Of a DNA stretch of 64,000 nt, positions 29,066 through 41,317 are shown piece by piece. Position numbers and translations under genes: made by a program. Location: NCBI GenBank assembly GCA_951406725.2, contig OX597815.1:100378001-100442000 (forward strand), written 5' to 3'. This DNA is from Octopus vulgaris. Its lineage: Eukaryota. Below the pieces are notes generated by a model. That model had not been told where the DNA came from. It made no database searches and worked only from the letters and a program-made list of their open reading frames with translations. Positions within the stretch are counted from its first letter, which is position 1. Each line of letters starts with the position of its first letter.

Positions 29066-29358
29066 TGTGTGTCTGTGTATACATACATACATACATACAT
29101 ACATACATACATACAAGTGTGTGTGTGTGTGTGTGTGTATTTACATTTGTATGTAAATGTTATGTGGGAGGAGGACAATCTTACAATGTTTATCTCTGCA
29201 CATCTTGCATGTTTTTAATTGTTGCAAGTTTAAAGGCTTCAAATTTGAGTGGTACTCGTGTCGCACAAGCGTTTGTCAATATAAAATTTGATACGCAGCT
29301 ATTTTTGCGCGGTTCGCACGAACGCCCGCACACGCACGCACGCACACGCACGCACACG

Positions 29359-29433
<75 letters not shown>

Positions 29434-31248
29434 CTCAAGTTCAAGTCAACACTGACTTCTGGAAAACAAAAACAGACGGTGGGCCTCCTGAGTCTGCTGT
29501 AATGAAATGCCTGTGTTTTCATTTTGTATTGTCTCTTCGTCCGTGGAGACACTTTAAAAGTGTAGTACATAGGGGAAAACAATTGCGACTATCTAGCCCT
29601 CCACACAGCTGTGTCCTTCGGTGTCTAGGGGGTGGAGTCTTGACCCTGTCGTTCTCACATATGCCTTTGTCAACATAGGATCCTATGAAAGGACGACACT
29701 TCTATAATTTAAGCGCATAGCGGAGTCTAACTTGATGATGAGAATGGACAGCCCAACTTACTCGGCCTTTGGACCGGCTGAAATCCTCTTTTAATCCACT
29801 AGACATAGATTATCCCATTTTGAGAGGGAGAGGAGGTGGATTCGATCTCCAATACTTGATTGGTACTTTATTTTATCGACACCGAAAGGATAAAAGGTGA
29901 AGTTGATCTCGGCTGGATTTGAACACAAAACGCAAAGGACAAAATACCCCAGGGCTTTTGTCTGACACTCTAGGGATTCTGCCAATCGTCCCTCTTTACC
30001 AAAGCAATTAGCAGTAATCATACTCATTCTTGGCTTTGAAACAAGCCTACCAATTTCAGTGAAGAGGTGCAAGCAATTGAATCAACCCTAGTAGGTATAT
30101 TTTTTTACAATACTTCAGAGGTACGCAGAACAATGTCTACTTCTGTGGAACATGAACTCGGGACGAATATTAAATGTGGCAAGTCCAGCACTCAACTCTT
30201 TCCTAAACTCTGCCTCTCACTGTCAATTAGTGAATGCAATCATAATTATGCAGTTAAGTTTGCTTCGCAGCTATGCAATTTCATGTGGTTCGGGTTCAAT
30301 TCCCCCGTGCAGCATCTTAGGTGTAAATCTGTCTTCAACCAAAGCCTTATAAGTGAAAATTGGTGGATGGAAACAGAGTGGTAATCTGTCGGGAAAATTG
30401 TTCTTATTTTTATAAAATACACTTAAAACATCGCCCGGTTTTACGCCACCACTTTGCTTACGTGTTCCTTGAGCAGAACCCAGTCTGTTGTAAGCATTAG
30501 AACGGGTGTCTGGTTAAAGGATTTCAAAATCTTCTTCACATAAGTACTTAAGCCGGTTAAATAGATCTGTTCATCTACTGTAGATCAGCCCTGCTTATAC
30601 AAGGGACGAAAGCCTGATCTAGTGGATGAACAGATCTCTGTATGTAGCCTTTATCCCTCTGTGATTCTGAATTGAGAGTCAGGTAATGAGAGGAACCCAG
30701 ATGGCTGTATTTCACTGAGACTGTATGGCTTTCCAGACTTAAGCAGGTCTTCATCTAAGTCTACGGCTTTAAAATCACTTGAAAGTTTCGCAACTGAAGA
30801 CTTAGCTCCAAGCTTTCTATTTTATTTCGTTTCCACAGTCTTTGAACTAGCACAAGTGATTCTTTACCTTGAACCACTTTGAGGGCAATTAATATTTTCT
30901 CATCTTTTGAAGTTGATTTTGGCAGGATTGGCGCACTTAACGATTTTACCAGAACGCAAGGTTTTTGTTTTTGTGTCGTCTTTTTTCTCTCCTTTCTAGT
31001 GAAGGTGTGATTTTAATTGGTTGTTGGTTTCCTTCTTTTCGTCATATTGGCAGGAAGAAGAATGAGCTGTGGTGAGAGGCGTGGAAGAGAGTAGATATGA
31101 TAGAACACTAAATTGAGAAGATGGAAGACTGAGAGAGTAGGATGGAGAGAAAAAGGGAAAATTGTATATAAATATCGAGATAAGCGGAGGAGACATTAGC
31201 AGGTGGAAGAGCTAGAGGCAAAATAATATTGTAAGAAAACAAAAGAAC

Positions 31249-31320
<72 letters not shown>

Positions 31321-31729
31321 TTAATAGTGCCAGGTTGCATCTGCAACTGCCAGCCTGTGCAGGGGAAAAACGTGTATGTCATAGTAATATGTTACATAAA
31401 ATTGTAAAACAGAATATAAAGTTTGAGGATGAACTAGTCTCCATAATGTATATAATTATTACTAATATGTACTCCAGACAATATTACCGTCCAGGGAAGC
31501 GAACATGGAATTACTCGTCGGAAGAGTTCACTGTGATTAACAACTAATAGTAGTTACAGACGTTAAATGCTGATCATATGGTTAGCCGTAAACTGGAACT
31601 TAAGTGAGTGTCATTGTGGTATCCACCAGGATAATATATCCCTCCAAACTCACATATGTGTGTATGTATGTATGTATGTATGTATGTATGTATGTATGTA
31701 TGTATGTATGTATGTATGTATGTATGTAT

Positions 31730-31937
31730 CTCGTAAAAACCAGTCGCGTTTTTTTTCCCTCTGTTCGTCCACATCGGGATCTTTCTTTCTTCTTTCTTCC
31801 TTCTCTTATGTTTCCGACGAAGAGCTCCGCTCGAAACGTCATACCCTCCTTCTTCCATTTTTCCTGAGCGCCTAATAATAATAATACTTTAATTTGTTCC
31901 ACGTGTTGTTGTTTTTTCTGTTTTCCCGTTTGGATTA

Positions 31938-31942
<5 letters not shown>
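31730..31942 (+). mobile_element. Solo Penelope-like pLTR with degenerate minimal hammerhead
   Basis: CCGACGA-AGAGC-TCC-GCTC-GAAAC-GTC at 31814-31840; flanked by (TATG)n and (TA)n. Confidence 0.5.
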
Positions 31943-31995
<53 letters not shown>

Positions 31996-32439
31996 TATAT
32001 GCATGTATGTATGTATGTATGTATGTATGTATGTATGTATGTATGTATGTATGTATGTATGTATGTATGCACGCATGCATGTATGCATGTATATTATATA
32101 TATATATATATAGTGGAAGAGAGGGCGAGAGACGAGAGACAGACAGTGTCTAAAATGTGAACTAGTCAGAATAATAAAACGGGGTAAATAATGGCAAAAA
32201 GAATAATAACTGAAACGAAGCAAAATGAAAACTGAGCAAAGCTTGAAGCAAAAACATTAAAAATACTAAAAGGAAGCGAAACTAAATCCCGTCGTTTTTG
32301 ACGTGTACTACACCAGTTTTAATATGCTTAATTATAATACACGTAGTATTTCAAATGTTTATAGCATTTCGTTTATATACATATAAAAGTTATTAAATAA
32401 TTCACCACTAACTTCCTTTCCATTTTACTCTAATTACAG

Positions 32440-33405
32440 GTACCGCATGAATGGTGGAAAAATGCTAGCGAAGAAGAGTTAGCTAATGAAATATTAACTC
32501 AACGTCACAACCTTGCAAATCTTGCAGAAATTCCAATTGAACATATTCGAGGTTGGCGAAGTCCATTTCTGCAACCAACAGGCGACACGATGTTTACCAT
32601 TCTTTGGAAGAATAATTTTACTTATGATGCCACCCTTACTCATCCTTTTCCCAGGAATGTTTATTCACCAGTAATTTGGCCATTTACACTGGATTCTCCC
32701 CTCGCTATTGGTTGCAACATTAAACCGTGTCCACAAAAGTCTTACCCTGGCTTCTGGGAAGTTCCTGTAGTCACCTTAATGGACTACAGAGAGCATTTGC
32801 CTTGTGCCTATGTAGATTTCTGCCAAAACAAACCACGAAACAAAGACGAAGCGTTTCAAATATTGTGGAAGAATTTTCTGAGGAACTACCGGACCAACAG
32901 AGCTCCGTATTATTTAAATCTTCATTCTCCTTGGTTAGATAAGACTGACAATCTAGATGCAATGGATGAGTTTTTAAATCGTTTAGTAGCTATGGAAGAT
33001 GTCTTTATCATCAACATTCACCAAGCTCTTGAATGGATGCGTTCGCCTACATCCAATATGAATATAATGGACTTTTTGCCATGGCAATGTCCCTTTTTCA
33101 AACCGAATATCGAAGATGGTATTTACTGTGTAATGACTTACAAACCGCGTACTACTACCACTAAAGCGATGTATTCTAATAGACCGAATAAGGACAGCAA
33201 TTCTGACGCCAGAAAGAATAATCAAACAAAGCTGAACAGTAATATTAATAGAGCGTATCCACCTGGATTTTTTGAAGAAGAACAAATAACGAGACATACC
33301 ACTAAACGCAGACCTTGGTTTCTGCGTAACTCTGCGGCAAGAAATAATTCGTTTAAATTTGTAATAGGTTGGGTTTCTTTGTTTTGGATACTGTTTTCAA
33401 GATAA
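32440..33405 (+). CDS. Chitin/polysaccharide deacetylase, coding exon 2 (terminal)
   Basis: Pyrimidine tract and tacag| acceptor, in frame with exon 1 (VPHEWWKNAS...). IRGWRSPFL (motif 3), FTYDAT (motif 4), WPFTLD, CP..SYPGFWEVP, NRAPYYLNLHSPWL (motif 5), QALEWMRSP, PWQC; hydrophobic C-terminus. Joined protein 447 aa. Confidence 0.93.
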   Translation, partial: VPHEWWKNASEEELANEILTQRHNLANLAEIPIEHIRGWRSPFLQPTGDTMFTILWKNNFTYDATLTHPFPRNVYSPVIWPFTLDSPLAIGCNIKPCPQKSYPGFWEVPVVTLMDYREHLPCAYVDFCQNKPRNKDEAFQILWKNFLRNYRTNRAPYYLNLHSPWLDKTDNLDAMDEFLNRLVAMEDVFIINIHQALEWMRSPTSNMNIMDFLPWQCPFFKPNIEDGIYCVMTYKPRTTTTKAMYSNRPNKDSNSDARKNNQTKLNSNINRAYPPGFFEEEQITRHTTKRRPWFLRNSAARNNSFKFVIGWVSLFWILFSR

Positions 33406-33814
33406 AACTTCTAAATCTAACAAAATCAAACCATCGAGATAGTGTGAACCAGAAAGAACTATAACTAAAACGCTTGAAGGTTGTTAAATACAGAGAGGCT
33501 TATAATTTCAATCATATGGGTGATTTTATAAGTATATATTATATCGTTGTTTAGGTCACGTCACACCTGTCATGAAAAATCAAAGACCATGAAACTATTT
33601 AGTTCATCTTATATGTCGCAATATTATTAAAATATAAATTTATCATAAATGTTCAGTGAAAAAGTGTTGAAAATAAATTTTGAAAGTTACTATATAGAAG
33701 AACGTTGTTTTACTGCAGTGTTTTATGCCCATATTGTGTTATTGAGATGTAGGGGAGATAGTCAGGCATTAAATAGAATTAAGGGGAGAGAACTCTTCAC
33801 AAAGCAACTGAATC

Positions 33815-34185
33815 TGAGCTGGCAGAAACATTAGCACGCTGCGCGGAATGCGTAGCCGTATTTCGTCTGCCGCTACGTTTTGAGTTCAAATTCCGTCGAG
33901 GTCGACTTTGCTTTTCATCCTTTCGGGGTCGATTAAATAAGTACCAGTTACGCACTGGGGTCGATATAATCGACTTAATCTGTTTGTCTGTCCTTGTTTG
34001 TCCTCTCTGTGTTTAGCCCCTTGTGGGTAGTAAAGAAATAGGTATTTCACCTGTCTTTGTGTTCTGAGTTCAAATTCTGCCGAGGTCGACTTTACCTTTC
34101 ATCCTTTCGTAGTTGGTAAATTAAGTACCAGTTGCGTACTGGGGTCGATCTAATTGACTGGCCCCCTCCCCAAAAAATTTGGGCA
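33815..34185 (+). mobile_element. tRNA-derived SINE family A, one full and one partial copy
   Basis: gagctggcaga A-box, gagttcaaatt B-box, core gtcgactttgcttttcatcctttcggggtcga...aagtaccagtt; more than 15 related copies in the window. Confidence 0.85.
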
Positions 34186-34463
34186 TGAAAGAGACAGAAA
34201 CATAATTTTACCTTTTCAACTCTTTGCTGTTTGGTGGTGCTACTGTTGTACAGCCTAGGCTAAGCCTCATTAAACACGCCTATAAAACGTTCCAACCGAG
34301 ACCATCTAATTTCCATATGTATCTGGGACTATTATTACAGATGTTTTAGTTTACAAGTCAACCATCACACTGGGATTATGCTAATTTCTGTGTCCTAATT
34401 TTAATTTCCAAGCTATTTAGATTCATTATATATATAGTTTAATCTATGGTTGTAAATATATAA

Positions 34464-34524
<61 letters not shown>

Positions 34525-34690
34525 TGCGTGTGAGTGTGGGGGGAGGCGTGCGCGCGTGTGTGTCTGTCTGTCTGTCGATGTGTATGTATTTACGAGTTTG
34601 GCTGCATTGTAAGAAACCAGCTTCCCAACCACATGGTTTTGGGTTCAGTCCTACTGCATGGCACTTTGTATGTATGTATGTATGTATGTA

Positions 34691-37499
34691 TCATCATCAT
34701 CATCATCATCATCATCGTTTAGCGTCTGCTTTCCATGCTAGCATGGGTTGGACGGTTCAACTGGGGTCTGGGAAGCCAGAAGGCTGCACTAGGCCCAGTT
34801 TGATCTGGCAATGTTTCTACGCCAACCACTCCATGCTTTTTACGTGCCACCGGCACAGGTGCCATACGAGTCTGGCAAACGGCCACGATCGGATGGTGCT
34901 TTTTATGTGCCACCGGCACGGGGGCCAGGCGAGGCTGGCAACGGCCACGAACGGATGGTGCTTTTTACGTGCCACCGGCACGGGGGCCAGGCGAGGCTGG
35001 CAACGGCCACGAACGGATGGTGCTTTTTACGTGCCACCGGCACGAGGCCAGTCGGGGCGGCGCTGGCAACGGCCACGTTCGGATGGTTCTCTTACGTGCC
35101 ACCGGCACTGGTAACTCAGCTGCAATTTCCATTGATCGATTTCGATTCTGATTCTGATTCTCACTTGCCTCAACAGGTCTTCACAAGTAGAGTTTTGTGT
35201 CCCAAGAAGGGAAGGTATGCATAAGTGGGCTGGCTACATCCCATGTAGAAGGCCACGGGTTATGGTCTCACTTGTCCTGCCAGGTCTTCTCACGCACAGC
35301 ATACTTCCAGAGGTCTCGCTCTCTAGTCATTTCCTCAGTGAGACCTAAAGTTCGAAGGTCGTGCTTCACCACCTCGTCCCAGGTTTTCCTGGGTCTACCT
35401 CTTCCACAGGTTCCCTCAACCGCTAGGGTGTGGCACTTTTTCACACAACTATCTTCATCTATTCTCGCCACATGCCCATATCAGCGCAAACGTCTCTCTT
35501 GCACACCACATCTGATGCTTCTTAGGTCCAGCTTTTCTCTCAAGGTACTTACACTCTGTCGAGTATGAATACTGACATTACACATCCATCGGAGCATACT
35601 GGCTTCATTTCTTGCGAGCTTACGCATATCCTCAGCAGTCACGGCCCATGTTTCACTGCCATGTAGCATGGCTGTTCGTACGCACGCGTCATACAGTCTG
35701 CCTTTTACTCTGAGCGAGAGGCCTTTTGTCACCAGCAGAGGTAAGAGCTCTCTGAACTTTGCCCAAGCTATTCTTACTCTAGCAGTTACACTTTCAGCAC
35801 ACCCGCCCCCGCTGCTGACTTGGTCACCTAGGTAACGGAAGCTATCAACTATTTCTAGTTTTTCTCCCTGGAAAGTGACAGAAGTTGGTCTCAGAGCATT
35901 TTCAGTGTTTATTGTTCCTAAGCATCTGCCACATACAAAAACCATCTTCCTAGTTAGCCTTCCTTTGACATTGCTACATCTCTTATGTGTCCATAGTTTA
36001 CACTTGGTGCATCTTATAGAGTTTCTACCTACAGATCAAGCAGGGCCATCTACCTGAAGGCGTTTGTGATTTGTCTACCTTCCTACTTATTAGTACTTTG
36101 GTTTTAGCTAGATTGACTCTGAGGCCCTTCGATTCTAATCCTTGCTTCCACACCTGAAACTTCTCCAGTTCTGATAGTGACTCAGCAATTAGAGCAAGGT
36201 CATCAGCATAGAGGAGCTCCCAAGGGCATCCTGTCTTGAATTCCTCCGTTATGCCTGGAGGACTATGATAAATAGGAGGGGGCTGAGGACTGAGCCTTGG
36301 TGGACCCCTACCTCTACCCGGAATTCTTCACTGTACTCGTTGCCAACCCTCACCTTACTAGCAGCATCCCTGTACATGGCTCGCACAGCTCTCACTAACC
36401 ATTCATCTATCCCTAGTTTCCTCATTGACCACCAGATAAGGGATCGGGGAACCCTGTCGAAGGCTTTCTCCATGTCAACAAAAGCCAGGTACAGGGGCTT
36501 ATCTTTGGCTAGGTATTTCTCCTGCAGCTGCCTTACCAGGAATATAGCATCAGTGGTACTTTTCCCTGGCACGAACCCAAACTGCATCTCATCTAAACTA
36601 ACTCTCTCTCTAATTAGTTGGGCTATGACCCTCTCCGTAACCTTCATCACCTGATCCAACAGCTTGATACCTCTGTAATTATTTGTATCTAGGGCATCAC
36701 CTTTACCTTTGTAGCAGTTGACTATTATGCTGCTACACCAGTCATTGGGTATGACTCCTTCATGTATCACCTGATTAACTATATGGGTGACTAGGCTATA
36801 GCCGACACTACCAGATATTTTGAGCATCTCTGCAGTGACTCCTGATGGGCCTGGGGCTTTCCCTGTCTTCATGCTTCTAATTGCCTTAACTACCAAGAAA
36901 CTGTCAACTCGGATAGCTGGTCCCTCTGTTGGGTCAACATTCGGCAGACTCTCTTTATCCTATTCATTTTCTTTATTCAGCAACCTTTCATAGTGGCGTC
37001 TCCAAACCTCTCTCTTTACATCCTCATTTAGCGCAAGTGAACCATCTTCCATCCGAACACACTTCTCTCCTACCACATCACAATTCTCTCTCACACACTG
37101 TCTTGCAATGTGAAACACCTCCAGTCTTTGGTCCTCACGGCGCAGAACATTGGCAAATTTTTTCTTATCTGCTTCCCCTCTGGCTAGATAGACCTGTCTC
37201 CTAGCTTCCCTTTTGGCAGTCTGATACAATTCCCTGCTACCACCATTCTTCCAATCCTTCCAAGTCTGTCTCTTTTCTCTAATAGCCCTGTCTACAACAC
37301 TGTTCCACCACCACGTTACCTTGGGACGAGAGGGGACTTTGCACCAGCCACAGATCTGGTCAGTGGCTCTCAGCAGGTTGTCCTTTAGAAACGTCCAGTT
37401 GCCTTCTACCCCATGTGATACTCTATCCCCTTCTACTTCGTCAAAGGCTTCAAGTAGCATGTCCCTAAATCTCTGTCCATTCGCAGGATCTTTAAGCTT
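34691..37499 (-). mobile_element. RTE-clade LINE, 5'-truncated, inserted within a SINE
   Basis: GKAPGPSG, NYRGIKLL, QFGFVPG, AFVDMEKAFDRVPR, GVHQGSVLSPLLF, LLYADDLAL, FRYLG, GRGRPRKTW; (GAT)n tail at 34691-34716; a few stops and frameshifts. SINE-B head at ~34600-34668 and tail at ~37500-37710 flank it. Confidence 0.93.
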
Positions 37500-37857
37500 A
37501 TGTGGATGTCTGTGTTTGTGTTTTTCCCCACTACCTATTGACAATCTGTATTGGTTTCTTTACAAGCCCATAACTTAGTGGTTCAACAAATAGAAATCAA
37601 TAGAATAAGTACTAGTCTTTTAAAAAAATAAATAGTGGGGTTGATTTGTTCAACTAAACCCTTCAAGCCAGTACTCCATCATAGCTGCAATCAAATGAGT
37701 GAAACTAGTAAAAGACAGAAAAAAAATAAAAGGTGCATGTGTGTGCACGTGCGTGCATGCATGTGTGTATGTGTGTGTGTGTGTGTGTGTGTTTTAAACA
37801 AAGTGAAATTTGCAGATTCAAAGAGAGTATATAAAATGTTTCACTATAAAACATATA

Positions 37858-38089
37858 CAGGGTGGACCAAAAGTAGGTTTACAGTAATTCAACTATCTCT
37901 TTCGTATTCATATATTAACAGTCTAGATCTTAATTATGAAAAAAGTATGAAATCATTATTCTATGCTAATTTAGCTAATTTTGTCAAGCTCCCTTTTCAG
38001 TTTGTAAGATAGAAATTTAAATATAATAAAATATTTTAAAAGAAATTTAAAGTATGTGATAACTTTAAACCTACTTTTGGATCACCCTG
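37858..38089. mobile_element. Tc1/mariner MITE, 232 bp, TA TSD
   Basis: TIRs CAGGGTGGACCAAAAGTAGGTTTA / TAAACCTACTTTTGGATCACCCTG flanked by TA on both sides. Confidence 0.85.
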
Positions 38090-38445
38090 TATGTTTCTTA
38101 ATTGAAACAAAAAGAAGTCAATATTAGTTTTGAATCAAAAAGTAATTTATCCAATTTTCAGAATAAAGTAAATGATAGGACAAAAAGAAACGAGTAATTG
38201 TTTGTGTTGGAATTATAAATCAATGGTTACACCTGGAGACAGAGAGCAATTTTAACATTTTAAGGCTCTTTCTCCTGACAAGAGAATTCATTCCACTTTT
38301 CAAATATCCAAATAGAGAAGCCTAGGCTCATTTTGAAATTCCTTTAGTTGACATTAATAACATCAATTTAAAATTAATAATGAAATATTATCACATTTAA
38401 TTAATGAAATAAAATTTCATTAATAATTATATTCTGTTTTATAGA

Positions 38446-38614
38446 CGTAGGAGTGGCTGTGTGGTAAGTAGCTTGCTTACCAACCACATGGTTCCAGGTT
38501 CAGTCCCACTGCGTGGCACCTTGGGCAAGTGTCTTCTACTATAGCCTCGGGCCAATCAAAGCCTTGTGAGTGGATTTGGTAGACGGAAACTGAAAGAAGC
38601 CTGTCGTATATATG

Positions 38615-38657
<43 letters not shown>

Positions 38658-38845
38658 TTGTCCCCCCAATATCGCTTGACAACCGATGCTGGTGTGTTTA
38701 TGTCCCCATTACTTAGCAGTTCGGCAAAAGAGACCGATGGAATAAGTACTAGGCTTACAAAGAATAAGTCCTGGGGTCGATTTGCTCAACTAAAAAAGGC
38801 GGGTCATCCAGCATGGCCACAGTCAAATGACTGAAACAAGTAAAA
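38446..38845 (+). mobile_element. tRNA-derived SINE family B, full length
   Basis: tggctgtgtgg A-box, ggttcagtccc B-box, internal (TG)n, tail shared with several partial copies. Confidence 0.85.
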
Positions 38846-40349
38846 GTGTATTTGTTACTCTCCCATAAAGCTATTCACCCTCTTCTTCCCCACTCTCTGA
38901 TATATTGAGCATAATCCTATCTTATGCTTAGCCACTTGTATCTTGAGAGTTTGCTCTGGAACCCTATCGCTACCTTCTTCTTTCCATCTTATACTGCTTG
39001 CTATTATATAATGTGGGGTAGTCATGCATCTCCTCTATAGTAGGACACTTGTTCTTGTCCCTCTATCATCTTCACCGCCTAGCACGTGGCATAAAGCCAC
39101 CTCCTGCCACCCACTCATCCCCCTACCTAGTCATGAGGATTTTTCCCCTTTTCCATTGTTTTTATGCAACTAGTGCCATTAGAGTGCGAAAAGCATCCAG
39201 TACACACCGTAAGATGGTTGACATTGGGAGGAGCAACCAGCTACAGAAAACAACCCAAAGCTGACACTGAAGCTTGGCACAGCCCTGCAGCACATCAGAT
39301 CCTATCAAACTGTCCAGTCCATGGAAAACAATGATGGCGTTGAATTAAAGCTCTATGGTTCAATAAGCTGATTTTTTTTAAAAATTAGTCTTTGATTCCA
39401 TTCACATTTTTGATGATATATAGGGATATTACATCTACCCATACCACCCCATATACTAGTCACCAGGCATAAAGCCACCTTTCCAAAACACACACACACA
39501 CACACACTAAACCACCTACCTAGACATTGGGGACTTGACAGGAGGTTTGTTTCATTGACTCCGGAAGGATGAGAGATCAAGTTGCCATTGGCAGGATTTG
39601 AATATAGTACAAAAGGGTCCATAACTAAAAATGCAGACATTTTGTCTGAGACCTAATTCTGTTCTCTGCATAATTATTTCCAACAAGTTCTTGTACCCAC
39701 AATAGATCATACCAGTCCTGAGGTAAACAGACTTAGACAAGGGTTGGGACATTGACTAAATGTATGTGATTCATTTTCGTTTGTTTTTACATAAACTTAA
39801 ATAAGATAATCTTGTTACCATGATCATGTTAACTTAACAATGGACATGTGTTATATTATTACTAAAGCTGTGCTCTACTTTTATCAAGACGATATAAAGT
39901 GCAATTATTCAATTTAACAATGAGCAAGCTTTTGTGCAGTCACTTGACTTGTTTAAAATAGCAGGAAAATTTCCTTCATATCTCAACATTCTTTAAAAAA
40001 TAAAAATGGAGACATTAGATTACGTTAACCTAGAATCCTAGATAATCTATGTCTAAAAGAAAAAGGCTTGATGGGCACATGTGAAACAAAATTGGTCACA
40101 GAATGGCTTGAGATAAATAACAGCCTAACATGTTACAGATATAGACTAAAATCAGATACAGTAGTTTGTTATAGGCAATAAGAACTCTACAAGTTGTGAA
40201 TATTATGTTGATTCACTGACCCCAACATCTCTAAAAGGTTACTGAAAAATGGATGCACTAACTTTATTACAGGAAATTGGAAAGGAAGTGACCTAGGTTC
40301 TTGTGAAAACCTCATTTACAACAAAGTCAACTTCCAGTCTTATTTCCTC

Positions 40350-40688
40350 TTAGTATCACTTGGAGGTATTGTTTTCAGTCGTGTTTGTTTGTTTGTCCAT
40401 GGACAAAATATTTCAAGAACTGCCAGATGGATTCAGATGAAACTTTCTGGGATGTTTGGCCTTGTGACTGACATGAACTGATTAAATTTTGGGATCAATC
40501 TGGTTCTGGACTAGGATTCTGGATTATTCTTCCTGTTCTTTTACTTAAGTTTTGAGAGCGGTCGCGTTCATTTTTAGTATTCTCGTTTGTGAGAGTAGTT
40601 GAGTTTATTTCAGATATTCTCATTTTAAAAGTCAACTCCAGTTAATCGTTGAGAGGACATTGGTATTGCCTTGGCGGAGGTTTGCACT
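40350..40688 (+). mobile_element. Helentron-associated non-autonomous element (HINE/DINE-like), copy 1
   Basis: ggaggtattgttttcagtcgtgtttgtttgtttgtcc ... ccttggcggaggtttgcact; homologous inverted copy at 41770-42135. Confidence 0.65.
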
Positions 40689-41317
40689 TTCCTTTTTGAT
40701 GAAATGTTAAATCTGCTTCTTGACGAGGCAGAATGACTAAATATATATTGTTATATACTATGTATAATTATTGAATTATGATAGAAAATGTTCCAAATCA
40801 AATATATGAGAACATAAAAAAACTTGTTATGCTTCTAACTACCAATTAAAGATTACTTTCATTTACTCTCTCCTAAGATACATAAAGCAACTCATCTCAA
40901 CCATAGGTACAAGTGAATTGTATTACATTGTGGCTCCTACTTACTGCCAGATAAGCCAATGAGAGAACATCTATGCAATTATTTAACCTGCTAGAAGTAA
41001 CAAGCACATCTTGCTCAAACCAAACTAAGTTTAAAATGAGGGAGGGAGAGACTTTTGATAAAACTGCTACATCTACTTGATGCTTGATGTGATGACCATT
41101 ACTGAAATGCCTTCAATGATACATAATAGCAAAATCTGCTCAAAGTAGCACGCCAAAAATCTCTTAATATCCCTCCCTCAAATTTATAGTAACAAAACAA
41201 AAAAAATAATAATAATCATACTCGTCGTCATCATTTAATATCCACTTTCTGTTCTGACATGGGTTGGATGGTTTGACTGAGAGCTGGCAAGCCAGGCTCA
41301 ATAATGATAATAATAAT

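Noticed and set aside
34833-35112. CRISPR-like repeat-spacer array
   Set aside because: Spacers are homologous to each other, the array lies in a LINE 3' UTR of a eukaryotic genome, and there are no cas genes.
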